IMG/VR virus record: IMGVR_UViG_3300037722_000810
Span: 1 to 28,966 of that record
DNA length: 28,966 nucleotides
From: a virus
Taxonomy: Duplodnaviria > Caudoviricetes
Reading direction: 5' to 3' (one strand)
In this document: in pieces, positions 8,158 through 17,103 of the stretch
Layout: every line of letters begins with the position of its first letter
Position numbering within the stretch: the stretch's first letter is position 1
Position numbers and translations under genes: made by a program
The notes under the pieces: generated by a model
Database searches by the model: none
What the model was told of the DNA's origin: nothing
What the model saw: only the letters and a program-made list of their open reading frames with translations

Positions 8158-9615
8158 ATGCGAATCCTCGACATCCTGAACGCGCCCTGGGCGATGGAAG
8201 CCGGCAAGTACAACGAGATGGTGGAGATCTACCTCTCGCACCTGCGCGGGCCGAAGATCGACATCGTCGCCCTGGAAGCGCGCATGGGCGCGCCGCTGCC
8301 CGGGCCGACGCAGGGCTACGGCGTGCGCGACGGCGTGGCTGTCGTGCCCGTCGACGGCATCCTCTCCAAGCGCATAACGCTGCTGCAGAAGATGTCGGGG
8401 GGCACGTCGCTCGAGCTCCTCTCGCGCGACTTCCGCGCGGCGATGGCCGATCCGGCCGCGCACTCGGTGGTGCTGCTGATCGACTCGCCCGGCGGCGCGA
8501 CGATGGGGCTGCAGGAGCTCGCGGAGGAGGTCTACCGCGCTCGCAGCGGCGTGAAGCCGGTGATCGCTCTCAGCGACGGCATGATGGCTTCGGCCGCCTA
8601 CTGGCTCGGCAGCGCGGCGCGGGAAGCCTATATCTCCAGCGACATGACGATGGTCGGCTCGATCGGCGTGCTCTACCGCCACATCGACGTGTCGAAGGCG
8701 AACGAGAAGGACGGCATCAAGGTCACCGAGATCTATGCCGGCAAGTACAAGACGATGGTGTCCAGCGATTCGCCGCTCAGCGACGACGCGCGGGCCGACA
8801 TCCAGGCGAAGGTGGACAAGCTCTACGGCCTGTTCGTGGACACGGTGGCGCGCAATCGCGGTGTCGATGCCGCCACGGTGCTCGAGCGCATGGCCGAAGC
8901 GCGCGTCTTCCTCGGCAAGGAGGCGATCGACGCCGGGCTCGTGGACGGTGCTGCCACGCTCGACGAAGTGATCGCCGGTCTCAACGCCGGGCGCAAGCCC
9001 GTCGCCAGCACCCGATTCGCGGCCGGTGGCGCCGCGGCGGCCGCAGTGCCAACAGGCGCCGGTGATGCGCCACAACCCCAACCCGAAATCAAAGGAGATC
9101 CCGTGAACAAGGATTTCATTCTCACCAACCACCCGGACATCGCGGAAGCATTCCGGGCGGAAGGCTACGCGCGCGGCAAGGACGAAGGCTTTGCCGCCGG
9201 CGCGCTGGCCGAGCGCCAGCGCATCCAGTCCATCGAGGCCCAGGCGATGCCCGGGCACGGCGAGCTGATCGCGAAGCTCAAGTACGACGGCAAGACCACC
9301 GGAGCGGAAGCCGCGGTGCAGGTGCTCGCGGCCGAGCGCACGAAGCTCGGCAAGACGGCGACCGACCTGGCCGCCGATGCGGGCGCCCTGGCCGGCGTGC
9401 GGCCGACCCCGGCAGCGGATCCTGGCGCCGACGCGGCAGCGGCCGCGGCGCAAGCCGAAGCCAGCAAGCCGCTCGAGGAGCGCTGCAAGGCCAAGTGGGA
9501 CCGCGACGCGAAACTGCGTGCCGAGTACGGCGAACAGTACGACGCCTACCTCGCCTTCGAGAAGGCGCACGCCGAAGGCCGCGTCAAGATCCTCGGCGCC
9601 CGGCAGGCGGCCTGA
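8158..9615 (+). CDS. Prohead maturation protease, S49/SppA family (lambda gpC-like), with C-terminal scaffold region
   Basis: IDSPGG, MASAAYWLGS (catalytic Ser), GSIGV, AGKYK (Lys) and GLVDG motifs. Confidence 0.93.
   Translation: MRILDILNAPWAMEAGKYNEMVEIYLSHLRGPKIDIVALEARMGAPLPGPTQGYGVRDGVAVVPVDGILSKRITLLQKMSGGTSLELLSRDFRAAMADPAAHSVVLLIDSPGGATMGLQELAEEVYRARSGVKPVIALSDGMMASAAYWLGSAAREAYISSDMTMVGSIGVLYRHIDVSKANEKDGIKVTEIYAGKYKTMVSSDSPLSDDARADIQAKVDKLYGLFVDTVARNRGVDAATVLERMAEARVFLGKEAIDAGLVDGAATLDEVIAGLNAGRKPVASTRFAAGGAAAAAVPTGAGDAPQPQPEIKGDPVNKDFILTNHPDIAEAFRAEGYARGKDEGFAAGALAERQRIQSIEAQAMPGHGELIAKLKYDGKTTGAEAAVQVLAAERTKLGKTATDLAADAGALAGVRPTPAADPGADAAAAAAQAEASKPLEERCKAKWDRDAKLRAEYGEQYDAYLAFEKAHAEGRVKILGARQAA
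9103..9615 (+). CDS. Nested in-frame scaffolding protein (Nu3-like), 170 aa
   Basis: Strong SD AAAGGAG (9091-9097) before an in-frame GTG at 9103 (codon 316), right after a P/Q linker. Contains AERQRIQSI. Confidence 0.75.
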   Translation: MNKDFILTNHPDIAEAFRAEGYARGKDEGFAAGALAERQRIQSIEAQAMPGHGELIAKLKYDGKTTGAEAAVQVLAAERTKLGKTATDLAADAGALAGVRPTPAADPGADAAAAAAQAEASKPLEERCKAKWDRDAKLRAEYGEQYDAYLAFEKAHAEGRVKILGARQAA

Positions 9616-9653
9616 TCCCCGGTCCCTGAACCCCTACTGAAAAGGAAACAGCA

Positions 9654-10424
9654 ATGACGACCCTTGCAGCCAACAAGCCCCGGCCGTTCGAGCTGGGCAG
9701 CCGCAATCACCTGCCGGTGATCGCGTCGGACATCATCTTCGAAGGCGCCGCCATCGGCGTCGTGGATGCGACCGGGCACGCCCGGCCGCTGAACGCGGCC
9801 GATCGCTTCGGCGGGTTCGCCGAAGCGAAGGCGGACAACTCCGCCGGCGCCGCGGCAGCGATCAACGTGCAGGCGGTGAAGAGCGGGCAGATCGAGCTCG
9901 CGGTCAGCGGTGCGGTGATCACCGATGTCGGGCAGCCGGTGTACGCCACCGACGACGACACCTTCGTCTTCCTGCCCACCGGCGCGGTCTTCATCGGCTT
10001 CGTCAAGCGCTTCGTCTCCTCGGGCGTGGCGGTGGTCGAGTTCGACGCCGGCGTGCTCCAGGATCCCTACGGCGAGTATACGGTGCGCGAGACGCTCTCG
10101 GGCGTGAAGACCTTCGACATCGAGGACAACGGCAAGGTGTTCTTCGCCGACGCCGCCGCCGATGACGACGCGCTCACGTTGCCGGTCGTGGCGACGCCGG
10201 TGAACATCAAGATCGTGGCGATCGGCGCGTTCGGTACCACGAAGGTCGAAATCGCCCCGGCGGCGGCCGACAAGATCCAGGGTCCGAACCTTCCCGGCAC
10301 CGACAACACGCCGCTCAGCCTTACCAAGGCGACCCAGCGGCGCGGGGACTTTGTGGAGCTTGCCACCGGCGATGCCAACGGCGCGCTCGTCACGAAGCTG
10401 CGCGGCATCTGGACCACCGCGTAA
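9654..10424 (+). CDS. Capsid cement/decoration protein with extra C-terminal domain
   Basis: Lies between protease and MCP. N-terminal ~130 aa has the DVGQPVYATDDDT cement-like motif. RBS AAGGA. Confidence 0.75.
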   Translation: MTTLAANKPRPFELGSRNHLPVIASDIIFEGAAIGVVDATGHARPLNAADRFGGFAEAKADNSAGAAAAINVQAVKSGQIELAVSGAVITDVGQPVYATDDDTFVFLPTGAVFIGFVKRFVSSGVAVVEFDAGVLQDPYGEYTVRETLSGVKTFDIEDNGKVFFADAAADDDALTLPVVATPVNIKIVAIGAFGTTKVEIAPAAADKIQGPNLPGTDNTPLSLTKATQRRGDFVELATGDANGALVTKLRGIWTTA

Positions 10425-10460
10425 CCGGCTCGACAACCTCTACTTCAAAAAGGAATCAAC

Positions 10461-11411
10461 ATGGACCAAGCACTTCTGTCCAGCCGGGCGATCATGGGCA
10501 TGTACTTCGCCAGGCTGGAGGCGGACCCGGGCATGGCCTGGGTCAACGGCGTCGCCAACCTGTTCAACTCCGACCAGGCGAGCGAGACGTACAACTTCCT
10601 CGGGCAGTCGCCCGCCATGCGCCTGTGGGTCGGCGGCCGCCAGGCCAAGGGCTTCAGCGGGCAGGGCATCACGATCATCAACGACTCCTACGAGGCGACG
10701 ATCGAGGTGCAGGTGAAGGACGCCCGCCGCGACAAGACCGCGCAGATCCAGGCGCGCATCTCGGAGTTCGCCGACCGCGCGCAGACCCACTGGGCGAGCC
10801 TGCTGTCGACGCTGCTGCTGAACGGGCCCTCCACGGTGTGCTACGACGGGCAGTTCTACTTCGACACCGACCACTCGGAAGGCGACTCCGGCTCGCAGGA
10901 CAACGACATCACGGTGGACATCTCGGGCTTGCCTGCCGCGGTGCACGGCGTGGTGACGGCGCCCAGCGTCGAGGAGATGCAGCAGACGATCCTCAAGGCG
11001 ATCGCGCAGATCCTGTCGTTCAAGGACGACCGGGGCGAGCCGATGAACGAGAACGCGCGGCGCTTCGTGGTCATCGTGCCGGTCGGCCTGTACCTGGTGG
11101 CGGTGGCGGCCGTCAGCGCCCTCACCACGGCGGCGCTGCAGCAGAACCTCAACCCGAACCTGATCGCCGGCCTCACGGTGGACGTGCAGATGAACGCGCG
11201 GCTCACCTGGACCGACTCCTTCGCGGTGTTCCGCACGGACAGCCCGATCAAGGGCCTCATCCGGCAGACCGAGCAGGACGTCGAGCTCAGGGCGAAGGCG
11301 GAAAGCTCGGAGTTCGAGTTCGACAACAAGGCCTGGCAGTTCGGCATCGACGCCTGGCGCGGCGTGGGCTACGGCTACTGGCAGCGGGCCTGCTACGTGA
11401 CGATGACGTAA
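10461..11411 (+). CDS. Major capsid protein, Mu gpT-like family
   Basis: ETYNFLGQSPAMRLWVGGRQ, YEATIEV, CYDGQFYFDTDH and C-terminal GYGYWQRA motifs typical of Mu gpT-type capsids. Confidence 0.92.
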   Translation: MDQALLSSRAIMGMYFARLEADPGMAWVNGVANLFNSDQASETYNFLGQSPAMRLWVGGRQAKGFSGQGITIINDSYEATIEVQVKDARRDKTAQIQARISEFADRAQTHWASLLSTLLLNGPSTVCYDGQFYFDTDHSEGDSGSQDNDITVDISGLPAAVHGVVTAPSVEEMQQTILKAIAQILSFKDDRGEPMNENARRFVVIVPVGLYLVAVAAVSALTTAALQQNLNPNLIAGLTVDVQMNARLTWTDSFAVFRTDSPIKGLIRQTEQDVELRAKAESSEFEFDNKAWQFGIDAWRGVGYGYWQRACYVTMT

Positions 11412-11444
11412 GGCGTCAAAGGCGGTTCACCGCCTTCTTCTTTC

Positions 11445-11469
11445 ACGGGGCCTGCGGGCCCCGTTTTTT
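11445..11469 (+). terminator. Rho-independent terminator after the MCP gene
   Basis: ACGGGGCC-TGCG-GGCCCCGT hairpin followed by a T run. Confidence 0.85.
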
Positions 11470-11521
11470 CTCGGGGCCTTCACGCGAGGGGCCCGAGCAA
11501 AGACAACTCTCAGGAGGCTCC

Positions 11522-11932
11522 ATGCTCAAGAAAGTGACGGTCGAGGGCGCGTTCTACAGCGTTGGTTCCGGCATCGTGGCGCTCACGGCGCAGCAGGCCA
11601 AGGTGCGCGCCCACAACCTGAAGCCGGTGAAGGTGGAGAAGGACGGCGCCGGCGAGTACGAGGTCGTCAACCAGATCCAGTTCAAGAAGGGCGAGAGCTT
11701 CGGCTTCAGCGGCCAGGTGGGCAAGAACGGCCAGCTCTCCGACAAGGACGCCGAGGACCTGCGCCGCATGGAGCAGGCCGAGACCGTCGAGAAGGCGGTG
11801 AAAGCGGCACGCTCGGCGGCGATGCGCCAGGTGGGCGATGAAATGGCCACGCTCACGGGCGAGAACGCGCGCCTGAAGGCGGAGAACGAGCAGCTGCGCG
11901 AGCAGCTCGCAGCGGCAGCGAAGAAGAAGTAG
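11522..11932 (+). CDS. Hypothetical protein after MCP (136 aa, C-terminal coiled coil; position of lambda gpFI-type genes)
   Basis: AGGAGG RBS and ATG at 11522. This is the real 3' part of listed ORF 10625..11932 (MLKKVTVEG...AAAAKKK). Confidence 0.8.
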   Translation: MLKKVTVEGAFYSVGSGIVALTAQQAKVRAHNLKPVKVEKDGAGEYEVVNQIQFKKGESFGFSGQVGKNGQLSDKDAEDLRRMEQAETVEKAVKAARSAAMRQVGDEMATLTGENARLKAENEQLREQLAAAAKKK

Positions 11933-11941
11933 ACGGCGGCC

Positions 11942-12226
11942 GTGTTCAGCGAAGACCTCGACGCCTTCCTCGACGAGGACGAGCACGCGATCGCCGCGAC
12001 GCTGCAGGGCGGGGCGGCGGGCGGGGTGATGGTGCTCTTCGACTCGGCGTACCAGGAGCAGCTCGACATCGCCGGGACGAATCCGACGGCGACGTGCAAG
12101 GCCTCGGCGGTAGTCGCCGGCGACATCGACAAGACGCTGACGATCGACGGCGTGGCCTACACCATCCGCGGCCGCGAACTGATCGACGACGGCGCGTTCG
12201 TGCGGCTGCAGCTTGAGGCGCCCTGA
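11942..12226 (+). CDS. Head-tail joining protein (gpFII-like)
   Basis: 94 aa with MFSEDLDAFLD...LTIDGVAYTI...DGAFVRLQL pattern. Synteny. Confidence 0.8.
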   Translation: MFSEDLDAFLDEDEHAIAATLQGGAAGGVMVLFDSAYQEQLDIAGTNPTATCKASAVVAGDIDKTLTIDGVAYTIRGRELIDDGAFVRLQLEAP

Positions 12227-12672
12227 TGGCCGACCACGTCCGCAAGCAGATCCGCACGGCCGCTGCGGCGGCGCTCACGTCCCTCACGACGACCGGGGCG
12301 AACGTGTTCCCCTCGCGCGTCTACCCGATGCAGGACGCGGACCTGCCGGGCCTGCGCATCTACACGAACGACGAGCAGATCGAGAACGAGGAGATCGGCG
12401 CGGGGCGCACGCGCGAGCGCTCGCTCGACCTGGTGGTGGAGGCCTGCGTGAAGGCGGCCAGCGGCTACGACGACACCGCCGACCAGATCCAGAAGGAAGT
12501 CGAGATCGCGCTCGACGGCGACAACACGCTCGGCGGGCTCGCGAAGTACATCGAGCCGCGCCAGGTGCAGAACGCGCTCGCGGGCGAGGGCGAGAAGCCC
12601 CTCGCCGTGCGGCGCATCGTGTTCGAGGTTTTCTACCAGACGGCGATGGGCGCCCCCGACGTGGCGCTGTAG
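12226..12672 (+). CDS. Tail terminator protein (gpU-like)
   Basis: HVRKQIR...VFPSRVYP...LPGLRIYT pattern. Directly before the tail tube gene. Confidence 0.75.
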   Translation: MADHVRKQIRTAAAAALTSLTTTGANVFPSRVYPMQDADLPGLRIYTNDEQIENEEIGAGRTRERSLDLVVEACVKAASGYDDTADQIQKEVEIALDGDNTLGGLAKYIEPRQVQNALAGEGEKPLAVRRIVFEVFYQTAMGAPDVAL

Positions 12673-12699
12673 CCCTTTTCCCGAAGAGGAGAATCACCC

Positions 12700-13917
12700 A
12701 TGGCATCGGCTTCCGGCGCACTGAAACAGGTCCGCTTCAAGGCGGAGGGCACGTTCAACACGGCGCCCGGCGCCACCGGCGCGCAGCTCCTGCGGCGCGT
12801 CTCCAGCACGCTCGCGTTGCGCAAGGCGGTGTTCGAGTCCGCCGAGATCCGGCGCGACCTGCAGCGCGCCGACATGCGCCACGGCGTGCACTCGGTGGGC
12901 GGGGCGATCAACGGCGAGCTCTCCGCGGGCACCTGGCAGTCGTTCTTCGCCGCCGCCGTGCGCCAGGCGTTCCAGAGCGCTCCCACGACCGGCGCCATCA
13001 TCACCGTGACCGCGCAGGCCACCGCGCCGCAGTTCGCGCGTTCCTCCGGGTCCTTCCTCACCGACGGCTTCAAGCTCTACGATGTGGTGCGCTGGACGGG
13101 ATTCGCAGGCGGCAGCGCCACGGACAACAACTCGCGCAACTTCCTCATCACCGCGCTTACCGCCACGGACATGACGGGCGTGTTTCTCGACGGCACGGCG
13201 GTCGCGGCGGATGCCGCCGGCGATTCCGTCACCTGCACCCTGGTCGGGAAGAAGACCTGGGTGCCGCTCACCGGCCACACGGACGTGTCCTACGGCATCG
13301 AGCACTGGCACCCGGACATCAACCAGGGCGAGCTCTTCCTTGGCTGCAAGATAAACCAGATGGACATCGCGATCCCGCCGCAGGGCCTGGCGACGATCGG
13401 CATGGACATCATGGGCGCGAGCATGACGGAAGCGACCGCCGAGTACTTCACCACGCCCACGGCGGAAACGCAGACCGGGGGCCTCGCCGGCATCAACGGC
13501 GCGCTCTACCTGCAGGGCTCGGCGGTGGCGCGCGTGACGGGGCTTTCGTTCGGGCTCCGCGAGAACATGAGCGCCGAGCCCGAGCTCGGCGCCACGGTGT
13601 ATTCCGACATCGACCCCGGGCGGATCCTGGTCGATGGGCAGCTCACCGCGAAGTTCGTCGACGCCACGGTGCGCGACTACTTCGTGGACGAGACCGAGGT
13701 CGCGCTCGCCGCGATCCTCACCGCGAGCGGCGCGGCGACGGCGGACCTGCTCGCCTTCGTCATGTCGCGCATCAAGATGGGCGGCGCGGACAAGGACGAC
13801 GGCGAGAAGTCGCTCATCCAGACCCTGCCCTTCACGGCGCTGCTCGACGTGAACGGCGGCGCCGCGGAGGACACCGAGGAGACGACGTTCAGCATCCAGG
13901 ACTCGCAGGCGAGCTGA
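12700..13917 (+). CDS. Major tail tube protein
   Basis: AGGAG RBS. LLRRVSSTL, SAEIRRD and VGGAINGELS motifs. Precedes the chaperone and tape measure genes. Confidence 0.88.
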   Translation: MASASGALKQVRFKAEGTFNTAPGATGAQLLRRVSSTLALRKAVFESAEIRRDLQRADMRHGVHSVGGAINGELSAGTWQSFFAAAVRQAFQSAPTTGAIITVTAQATAPQFARSSGSFLTDGFKLYDVVRWTGFAGGSATDNNSRNFLITALTATDMTGVFLDGTAVAADAAGDSVTCTLVGKKTWVPLTGHTDVSYGIEHWHPDINQGELFLGCKINQMDIAIPPQGLATIGMDIMGASMTEATAEYFTTPTAETQTGGLAGINGALYLQGSAVARVTGLSFGLRENMSAEPELGATVYSDIDPGRILVDGQLTAKFVDATVRDYFVDETEVALAAILTASGAATADLLAFVMSRIKMGGADKDDGEKSLIQTLPFTALLDVNGGAAEDTEETTFSIQDSQAS

Positions 13918-13919
13918 TC

Positions 13920-14336
13920 ATGGACGGCATCGAACTATCCGCGCTGGACACCCGCGCCGGCGCGAACGCGGGCTTCTGGCTCAAGCTGCGCGACCCGGTC
14001 AAGGGCAAGCCGCTGCCGGCGCGGCTGAAGCTCCTCGGCATGGATTCGGACCGCTATCGCGCGAAGAGCCATGAGCTGCAGCGCCGGCGGCAGGAAGAGC
14101 TGGCGCAGGACCCGAAAGCGCGGCTCACCCCGGACGAGATCGAGGCGCGCTCCATGGAGATCGTCGCCGCTTGCACGGTCGGCTGGGAGGGCCTGAAGCA
14201 CAAGGGCGAAGCGCTCGCCTTCAAGGACGAGGCGAGCGCGCTCGAGCTCTACCGCGGCTGGCCGTGGATCTTCGACCAGGCGCAGCTCGCGGTACTCGAC
14301 CGCGCAAATTTTTTGCCGGGCTCCGAGAGCGCCTGA
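13920..14336 (+). CDS. Tail assembly chaperone (gpG analogue), 138 aa
   Basis: ATG at 13920. LLGMDSDRYR...VGWEG...PWIFDQ...DRANF pattern. 3' part of listed ORF 12213..14336. Confidence 0.88.
   Translation: MDGIELSALDTRAGANAGFWLKLRDPVKGKPLPARLKLLGMDSDRYRAKSHELQRRRQEELAQDPKARLTPDEIEARSMEIVAACTVGWEGLKHKGEALAFKDEASALELYRGWPWIFDQAQLAVLDRANFLPGSESA
14306..14312 (+). promoter_or_regulatory. -1 programmed ribosomal frameshift heptamer A AAT TTT
   Basis: X XXY YYZ heptamer in frame near the chaperone 3' end (GCA AAT TTT TTG). The -1 frame is open to 14686. Confidence 0.85.
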
Positions 14337-14686
14337 TCGAGCACGCGCGCGCGCAGTTCCTGCTCGACCAGGACGCGGGCGACGGCTACACCAGGCGCTC
14401 CCACCTGCTGCGGGAGGCGGAGCAGACCGGCGTCGTGCCCGCGGAGCTGACGGCGGCGCCCCTGCCCGAGGGCGCCGAGTACCTGTGGACGTGGTTTCGC
14501 GAGCTCGACGCGGCGCGCTCGAGCAGCGGCTATGCCCTCGAGCCGATCTCGCACGCGGAGATCCTCGCCTGGGCCGGGCTGAGCGGGCACCGGCCGACGC
14601 CTTTCGAGACCGGGTGCCTGCGGGCGATGGACGGCGCGTTTCTCGCGCACCAGGCTGAGCAGGCCAGAAAGCGGAGGAAAAAGTAG
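14306..14686 (+). CDS. Frameshift-extended chaperone C-terminal part (gpT analogue of G-T)
   Basis: -1 frame reads ...YLWTWFRELDAARSSSGYALEPISHAEILAW... and ends immediately before the tape measure ATG. Confidence 0.8.
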   Translation, partial: KFFAGLRERLIEHARAQFLLDQDAGDGYTRRSHLLREAEQTGVVPAELTAAPLPEGAEYLWTWFRELDAARSSSGYALEPISHAEILAWAGLSGHRPTPFETGCLRAMDGAFLAHQAEQARKRRKK

Positions 14687-16480
14687 ATGGCCACTCGGCG
14701 CGAACGCGTGTTCTACGAGCTCACCGCGACGGACAACGCCTCGCGCGTGTTCCGGCAGGCGGAAGGCTCGGCGGCGAGCCTCGCCGGCGGCTACCGGATG
14801 CTCCAGTCCGCGGTGGCGGTGCTCGCCTCGGGTGCGTTCGTGCGCAGCCTGGTGAACGCCGCGAAGCAGGGCGAAGAGTCGCAGAATCGGCTCACGGCGG
14901 CCCTGCGTGCCACCGGCAACCAGGTCGGCGTCACGCGTGCCGAGCTCGACGAGATGGCCGACGCCATGGCCGAGTCGACCCAGTTCGACGACGACGGCCT
15001 GAGAAACGCCCAGGCGCAGCTCGCCAAGTTCGGCAACATCCAGGGCCAGATCTTCCGGGACGGGCTGAAGGCCGCCACCGACTGGGCGGCGTTCATGGGC
15101 ACGGACGTGGCGAGCGCCGCGCAGCAGGTGGGACGCGCGCTGCAATCGCCGACCGAGAGCCTGCGGATCCTCGAGCGGTCGCTCGGGAAGCTCACCGAAG
15201 AGGAAGAAAAGCACATCCTGAGCCTCGCCGCGCAGGGCCGCGCGGTCGAGGCGCAGCGCGCGGTGCTGGACCTGCTCGAGCGGAAAATCGGCGGCACCGC
15301 CGAGACGATGAACACCGGGTTGCTCAAGTCCACGACCGGCGTCACCAAGGCCTGGGACGACATGCTCGAGGCGTGGGGCCGCACCGAGGCGGTGGGCGGA
15401 CGCATCAACCGCATGCTGGGCGGGATGCGCGACCTGCTGAAGGACATCGAAGGGCTCGCGAAGCCGGCGAACCAGACCGCGCAGGACCGGCTGAACGAGC
15501 TCGACGTGCTGATTGCCGGGGCCGAACAAAAGGCCGGACCGGGAATCGGCGCTGGCGTCGAGGGCGGGCGCGGCTTCCTGGGCGACATGCCGCGGCAACG
15601 CGAGTTCGCGATCGCGCGCAAGAACCTGGAGAACCTCAAGCAGCAGCGGCGCGAGCTCATCGCGCAGATGCAGTCGTTCGCGGGGATCGAGGCCTTCGAG
15701 AGCGGCTTGGCGAACACGCCGTTGGCTGCGATCAAGCTGGGCGGCGAAACGAGCGACAAGGGCGCCGCGGCGGCCGCGAAACTCGCCGCCGATCGCCAGC
15801 TGCAGCAGGACGTCCAGGCGGCCGGCCGCTCGCAGCTCGCGGCGGACCGCGAGGCCGAGTTTCTCAAGAATATGGACGAGGCGCTCAAGCGCCAGGCCGA
15901 ACGCATCAGCCTGACGCACGACGAGCAGCAGCAGGTCGATCAGCTCGCGCAGAAATACCAGATGCTCGCCGACCGCGAGGCCGAGTTCAGCGACCCCGGG
16001 AAGCTCGAGACGATGCTCGAGGGCCTGAAGAAGGTGGACGCCGCGGCGGTGGATCTGGGCTGGGCGTTCAGCTCCGCGTTCGAGGACGCCATCATCGGGG
16101 GCGAGAAGCTGCGCGACGTGGTGCAGGGGCTGGCGAAGGACATCGCGCGCATCATCCTGCGCCAGGCCGTGACCCAGCCCATGGCGACCGCGATCTCGGG
16201 TGCGCTCGCCGGGGTATTCGGCGGCGCCTCCGCCACGGGCAGCGTGCCGGCCTTCGCCATGGGCACCGACTACGTGCCGCGCACCGGCCTCGCGCTCGTG
16301 CATCAGGGCGAGCGCATCACGCCGGCCGGGCAGAACGGCGGCGGGGACGTGAACCTGCACCTGAACTTCTCGGCGAACACGCCGGCGGCGGTGCGCGATG
16401 CGGTGATGGCCGCGGCGCCGCACCTCGTCGAGGCCGCGAAGCGCGGGGTGATGGAAGCCCGGGCGCGCGGGGCGGGCTGA
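14687..16480 (+). CDS. Tail tape measure protein (597 aa)
   Basis: Ala/Gln/Leu-rich helical protein after G/GT. N-terminal LTATDNAS and C-terminal FAMGTDYVP...VHQGERI motifs. Confidence 0.92.
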   Translation: MATRRERVFYELTATDNASRVFRQAEGSAASLAGGYRMLQSAVAVLASGAFVRSLVNAAKQGEESQNRLTAALRATGNQVGVTRAELDEMADAMAESTQFDDDGLRNAQAQLAKFGNIQGQIFRDGLKAATDWAAFMGTDVASAAQQVGRALQSPTESLRILERSLGKLTEEEEKHILSLAAQGRAVEAQRAVLDLLERKIGGTAETMNTGLLKSTTGVTKAWDDMLEAWGRTEAVGGRINRMLGGMRDLLKDIEGLAKPANQTAQDRLNELDVLIAGAEQKAGPGIGAGVEGGRGFLGDMPRQREFAIARKNLENLKQQRRELIAQMQSFAGIEAFESGLANTPLAAIKLGGETSDKGAAAAAKLAADRQLQQDVQAAGRSQLAADREAEFLKNMDEALKRQAERISLTHDEQQQVDQLAQKYQMLADREAEFSDPGKLETMLEGLKKVDAAAVDLGWAFSSAFEDAIIGGEKLRDVVQGLAKDIARIILRQAVTQPMATAISGALAGVFGGASATGSVPAFAMGTDYVPRTGLALVHQGERITPAGQNGGGDVNLHLNFSANTPAAVRDAVMAAAPHLVEAAKRGVMEARARGAG

Positions 16481-17103
16481 TGGCGATCGCCTACCCCTTG
16501 AGCTTTCCGTCGACGCGCAACCCGGCCGAGATCTCGATCCGCATCCTCGACGTGGCCGGGATGCAGAGCTCGCCGATCAGCCTGGAGCAGACCCTCTACG
16601 ACTGGGGCGGCGACCGGCTCGAGGCCGACGTCGGCTTCGGGCCGATGGTGCGCGAGGACGCCGAGCCGTTCGTCGCCTTCCTGTGGGCGCTGCGCGGCAT
16701 GGTGGGCACGTTCCTGATGGGCGATCCGGCCGGAGCCACGCCGCGCGGCACCTGGGCCGGCACGCCATTGCTGGCCGGGGCGCACGCGGCCGGGGTGCGC
16801 ACGCTGTCCGTGGACGGGTTTTCCGCCGCGGCGACCGGCAAGGCCGGGGACTGGCTGCAGTTCGGGACGGGCTCGTCCACACGTCTGCACAAGGTGCTCG
16901 TGGACTTCACCGCCGACGGCGCAGGCCTCGCGACCATCGAGATCGCGCCGCGGCTGCGGGCGGCGCTGGCGGACAACGAGCCGCTCGACAGCGCCGGCTG
17001 CCTCGGGCGCTGGCGCCTCGCGTCGAACGTGCGCGAGTTCTCGATCGGCGAGGCGGTGAAGTACGGCCTGCGCTTCTCCTGCGTCGAGGCCCTGGATGGC
17101 TGA
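16480..17103 (+). CDS. Distal tail protein (Dit-like), 207 aa
   Basis: TGATG coupling with the tape measure gene. MAIAYPLSFP...FLWALRG...GDWLQFG...IAPRLR. 3' part of listed ORF 15373..17103. Confidence 0.8.
   Translation: MAIAYPLSFPSTRNPAEISIRILDVAGMQSSPISLEQTLYDWGGDRLEADVGFGPMVREDAEPFVAFLWALRGMVGTFLMGDPAGATPRGTWAGTPLLAGAHAAGVRTLSVDGFSAAATGKAGDWLQFGTGSSTRLHKVLVDFTADGAGLATIEIAPRLRAALADNEPLDSAGCLGRWRLASNVREFSIGEAVKYGLRFSCVEALDG

Noticed and set aside
10625-17103. Listed starts of ORFs 10625..11932, 12213..14336 and 15373..17103
   Set aside because: Only the 3' parts are real. RBS or coupling supports starts at 11522, 13920 and 16480. The same applies to 18478 (18547), 23835 (23988), 24678 (25332) and 26050 (26083).
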